Part shown: positions 44,755-46,111 of the stretch, one piece after another
Layout: every line of letters begins with the position of its first letter
Numbering within the stretch: position 1 is the stretch's first letter
Assembly: GCA_038065095.1 (NCBI GenBank)
Contig: JBBTRR010000007.1
Location: 1 to 46,111 of the forward strand
Direction: 5' to 3'
Length of the DNA: 46,111 bases
Source of the DNA: Patescibacteria group bacterium
Lineage (GTDB): Bacteria > Patescibacteriota > Minisyncoccia > JACQLN01
Made by a program: the position numbers and the translations under genes
Notes under the pieces: generated by a model
Database searches by the model: none
Told to the model about the DNA's origin: nothing
The model's input: the letters and a program-made list of their open reading frames with translations, nothing else

Positions 44755-45519
44755 ATGTTGAAAAATAAAAAGATATTTTTAGCGTTGCTAATCGTTTTAA
44801 TAACAACGGTTATTTTTTATTTTACCAGCGCTAGAAAAGTTATTGGCAGTTATATAAACAATTGGTCGCTTAAATTAGCTAGGGTTGAAAAACAGGTAAT
44901 GTATTCGGCTCAAGCACTGTCTCCTTCAAACAGATCTTTTAATGTTGTTTTAAAAGTGCCGTTCCATAAACAAGAACATGCTCTTTCGTGCGAAGTGGCG
45001 GCGCTTAAAATGGCTCTAGGTTTTTATAATGTTGCTGTAACCGAAACTGAACTTATAAATGATTTAAAATTTGATACTATGGATTCCAGAAACGAATTTA
45101 ATATTTGGGGGGACCCAGATAAAGGTTTTGTGGGTAATATAGATGGAAAAATTCCTAACGAAGGCTATGGGGTTTACGAACAACTCATATTAGATTTGGC
45201 TTTACAGTATCGCGATGCTAAAAAAATGGAAAATCCGCAACTGGTTGATGTTTTAAAAGAAGTTGAAAGTGGCCATCCTGTAATTGTTTGGGGTTCTCTT
45301 TCAACAGGTAAAGATATTTCTTGGTTTACCGTAGAAGGGAAATATATAAAAGCAGTTCACGGCGAACATACTCGGGTTGTTATTGGTTTTAGTGGTACAC
45401 CTGAAAAAACAAAATATATTTTGTTAATGGATCCGGTTTACGGCAAGGTGATAATGTCTAAAAATAGATTTTTAAAGGATTGGGCGTTGTTAGATAACAA
45501 AGCGGTGGTAGTTTATTAA
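44755..45519 (+). CDS. Peptidase C39-like protein
   Basis: VPFHKQEHALSCE, GHPVIVW, EHTRVVIG, LMDP. Confidence 0.8.
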   Translation: MLKNKKIFLALLIVLITTVIFYFTSARKVIGSYINNWSLKLARVEKQVMYSAQALSPSNRSFNVVLKVPFHKQEHALSCEVAALKMALGFYNVAVTETELINDLKFDTMDSRNEFNIWGDPDKGFVGNIDGKIPNEGYGVYEQLILDLALQYRDAKKMENPQLVDVLKEVESGHPVIVWGSLSTGKDISWFTVEGKYIKAVHGEHTRVVIGFSGTPEKTKYILLMDPVYGKVIMSKNRFLKDWALLDNKAVVVY

Positions 45520-45520
45520 T

Positions 45521-46066
45521 ATGGAATTTTTAAAACGGCCTCTGGCCATAACCGATGTAGAAACCACTGGTTTTGATGCCGATATTCACGAAATTATTGA
45601 AATCGGTTTGGTTTTGGTAGATCAACAAACTTTAAAAATAAAAGATGAATGGCATATAAAAGTTAAGCCACGGCATTTAAGAACTGCGGCCGAGAAAGCT
45701 TTAAAAGTAGCCGGTTATAACAAATTAGATTGGTTACACGCCGTAACACTAAAAGAGGCGATAGAAATTTATTCTAAAAAAACAAAAAACGCTATTTTTG
45801 TAGCACAGAATTCTTTTTTTGATTGGTCATTTCTTTCGCAGGCATTTAAAGAAACCGGAGTAGAGGATCATTTGGATTATCACCGTGTAGACTTATTTAC
45901 ATTAGGGTGGGCAAAGGCATACGAATTAAAAGGCCTTAAAAAATTTACTTTAAAGGAAATGTGCGAATATTTTGAAATTGAGCCCGAACCCATGCCACAC
46001 CGCGCCCCCAACGGCGCCAAAAAAGTTTACGAGGTTTTAAAAAAGCTACAGAATTTATTGTTTTAG
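45521..46066 (+). CDS. DEDDh 3'-5' exonuclease
   Basis: DVETTG, EIIEIG, AQNSFFD, HRA. Confidence 0.85.
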   Translation: MEFLKRPLAITDVETTGFDADIHEIIEIGLVLVDQQTLKIKDEWHIKVKPRHLRTAAEKALKVAGYNKLDWLHAVTLKEAIEIYSKKTKNAIFVAQNSFFDWSFLSQAFKETGVEDHLDYHRVDLFTLGWAKAYELKGLKKFTLKEMCEYFEIEPEPMPHRAPNGAKKVYEVLKKLQNLLF

Positions 46067-46111
46067 GCACACACATTTGGCGGTTTAATTAATTGATAAT
46101 CTTTTAAGAAT

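Noticed and set aside
1-46111. CRISPR array, cas genes, rRNA, integrase or transposase
   Set aside because: No regularly spaced repeat-spacer array or such genes seen; the palindromes are dispersed

Overview
AT-rich bacterial chromosome segment, most likely Patescibacteria (CPR, Parcubacteria-like). Evidence: the S10-spc operon lacks rpmD/L30, most genes have A-rich leaders without a Shine-Dalgarno, and the standard code applies (TGA is a stop). Core content: 8 tRNAs, tgt, tuf, rpsJ..secY, prfB with its +1 frameshift, ftsEX, tag and a CCA-adding enzyme. Accessory content: (1) a complete diversity-generating retroelement (target with VR 5800-6417, TR about 6747-6873, antisense avd, RT), with about 25 TR/VR substitutions all at TR adenines and a (TG)10 microsatellite that puts avd out of frame with its only upstream ATG, a candidate phase-variable ON/OFF switch; (2) an agmatinase/deoxyhypusine-synthase-like fusion; (3) an unassigned highly structured RNA of about 270 nt with its own promoter and terminator after secY; (4) a defence-type island at tRNA-Gly (MORC/GHKL ATPase, headless Type ISP remnant, HEPN, Panacea TA); (5) several families of small palindromic elements, intergenic in the ribosomal operon and inserted in frame in tgt, rplW, cca and the fusion linker. 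All calls are by eye from motifs; no searches or folding programs were run.
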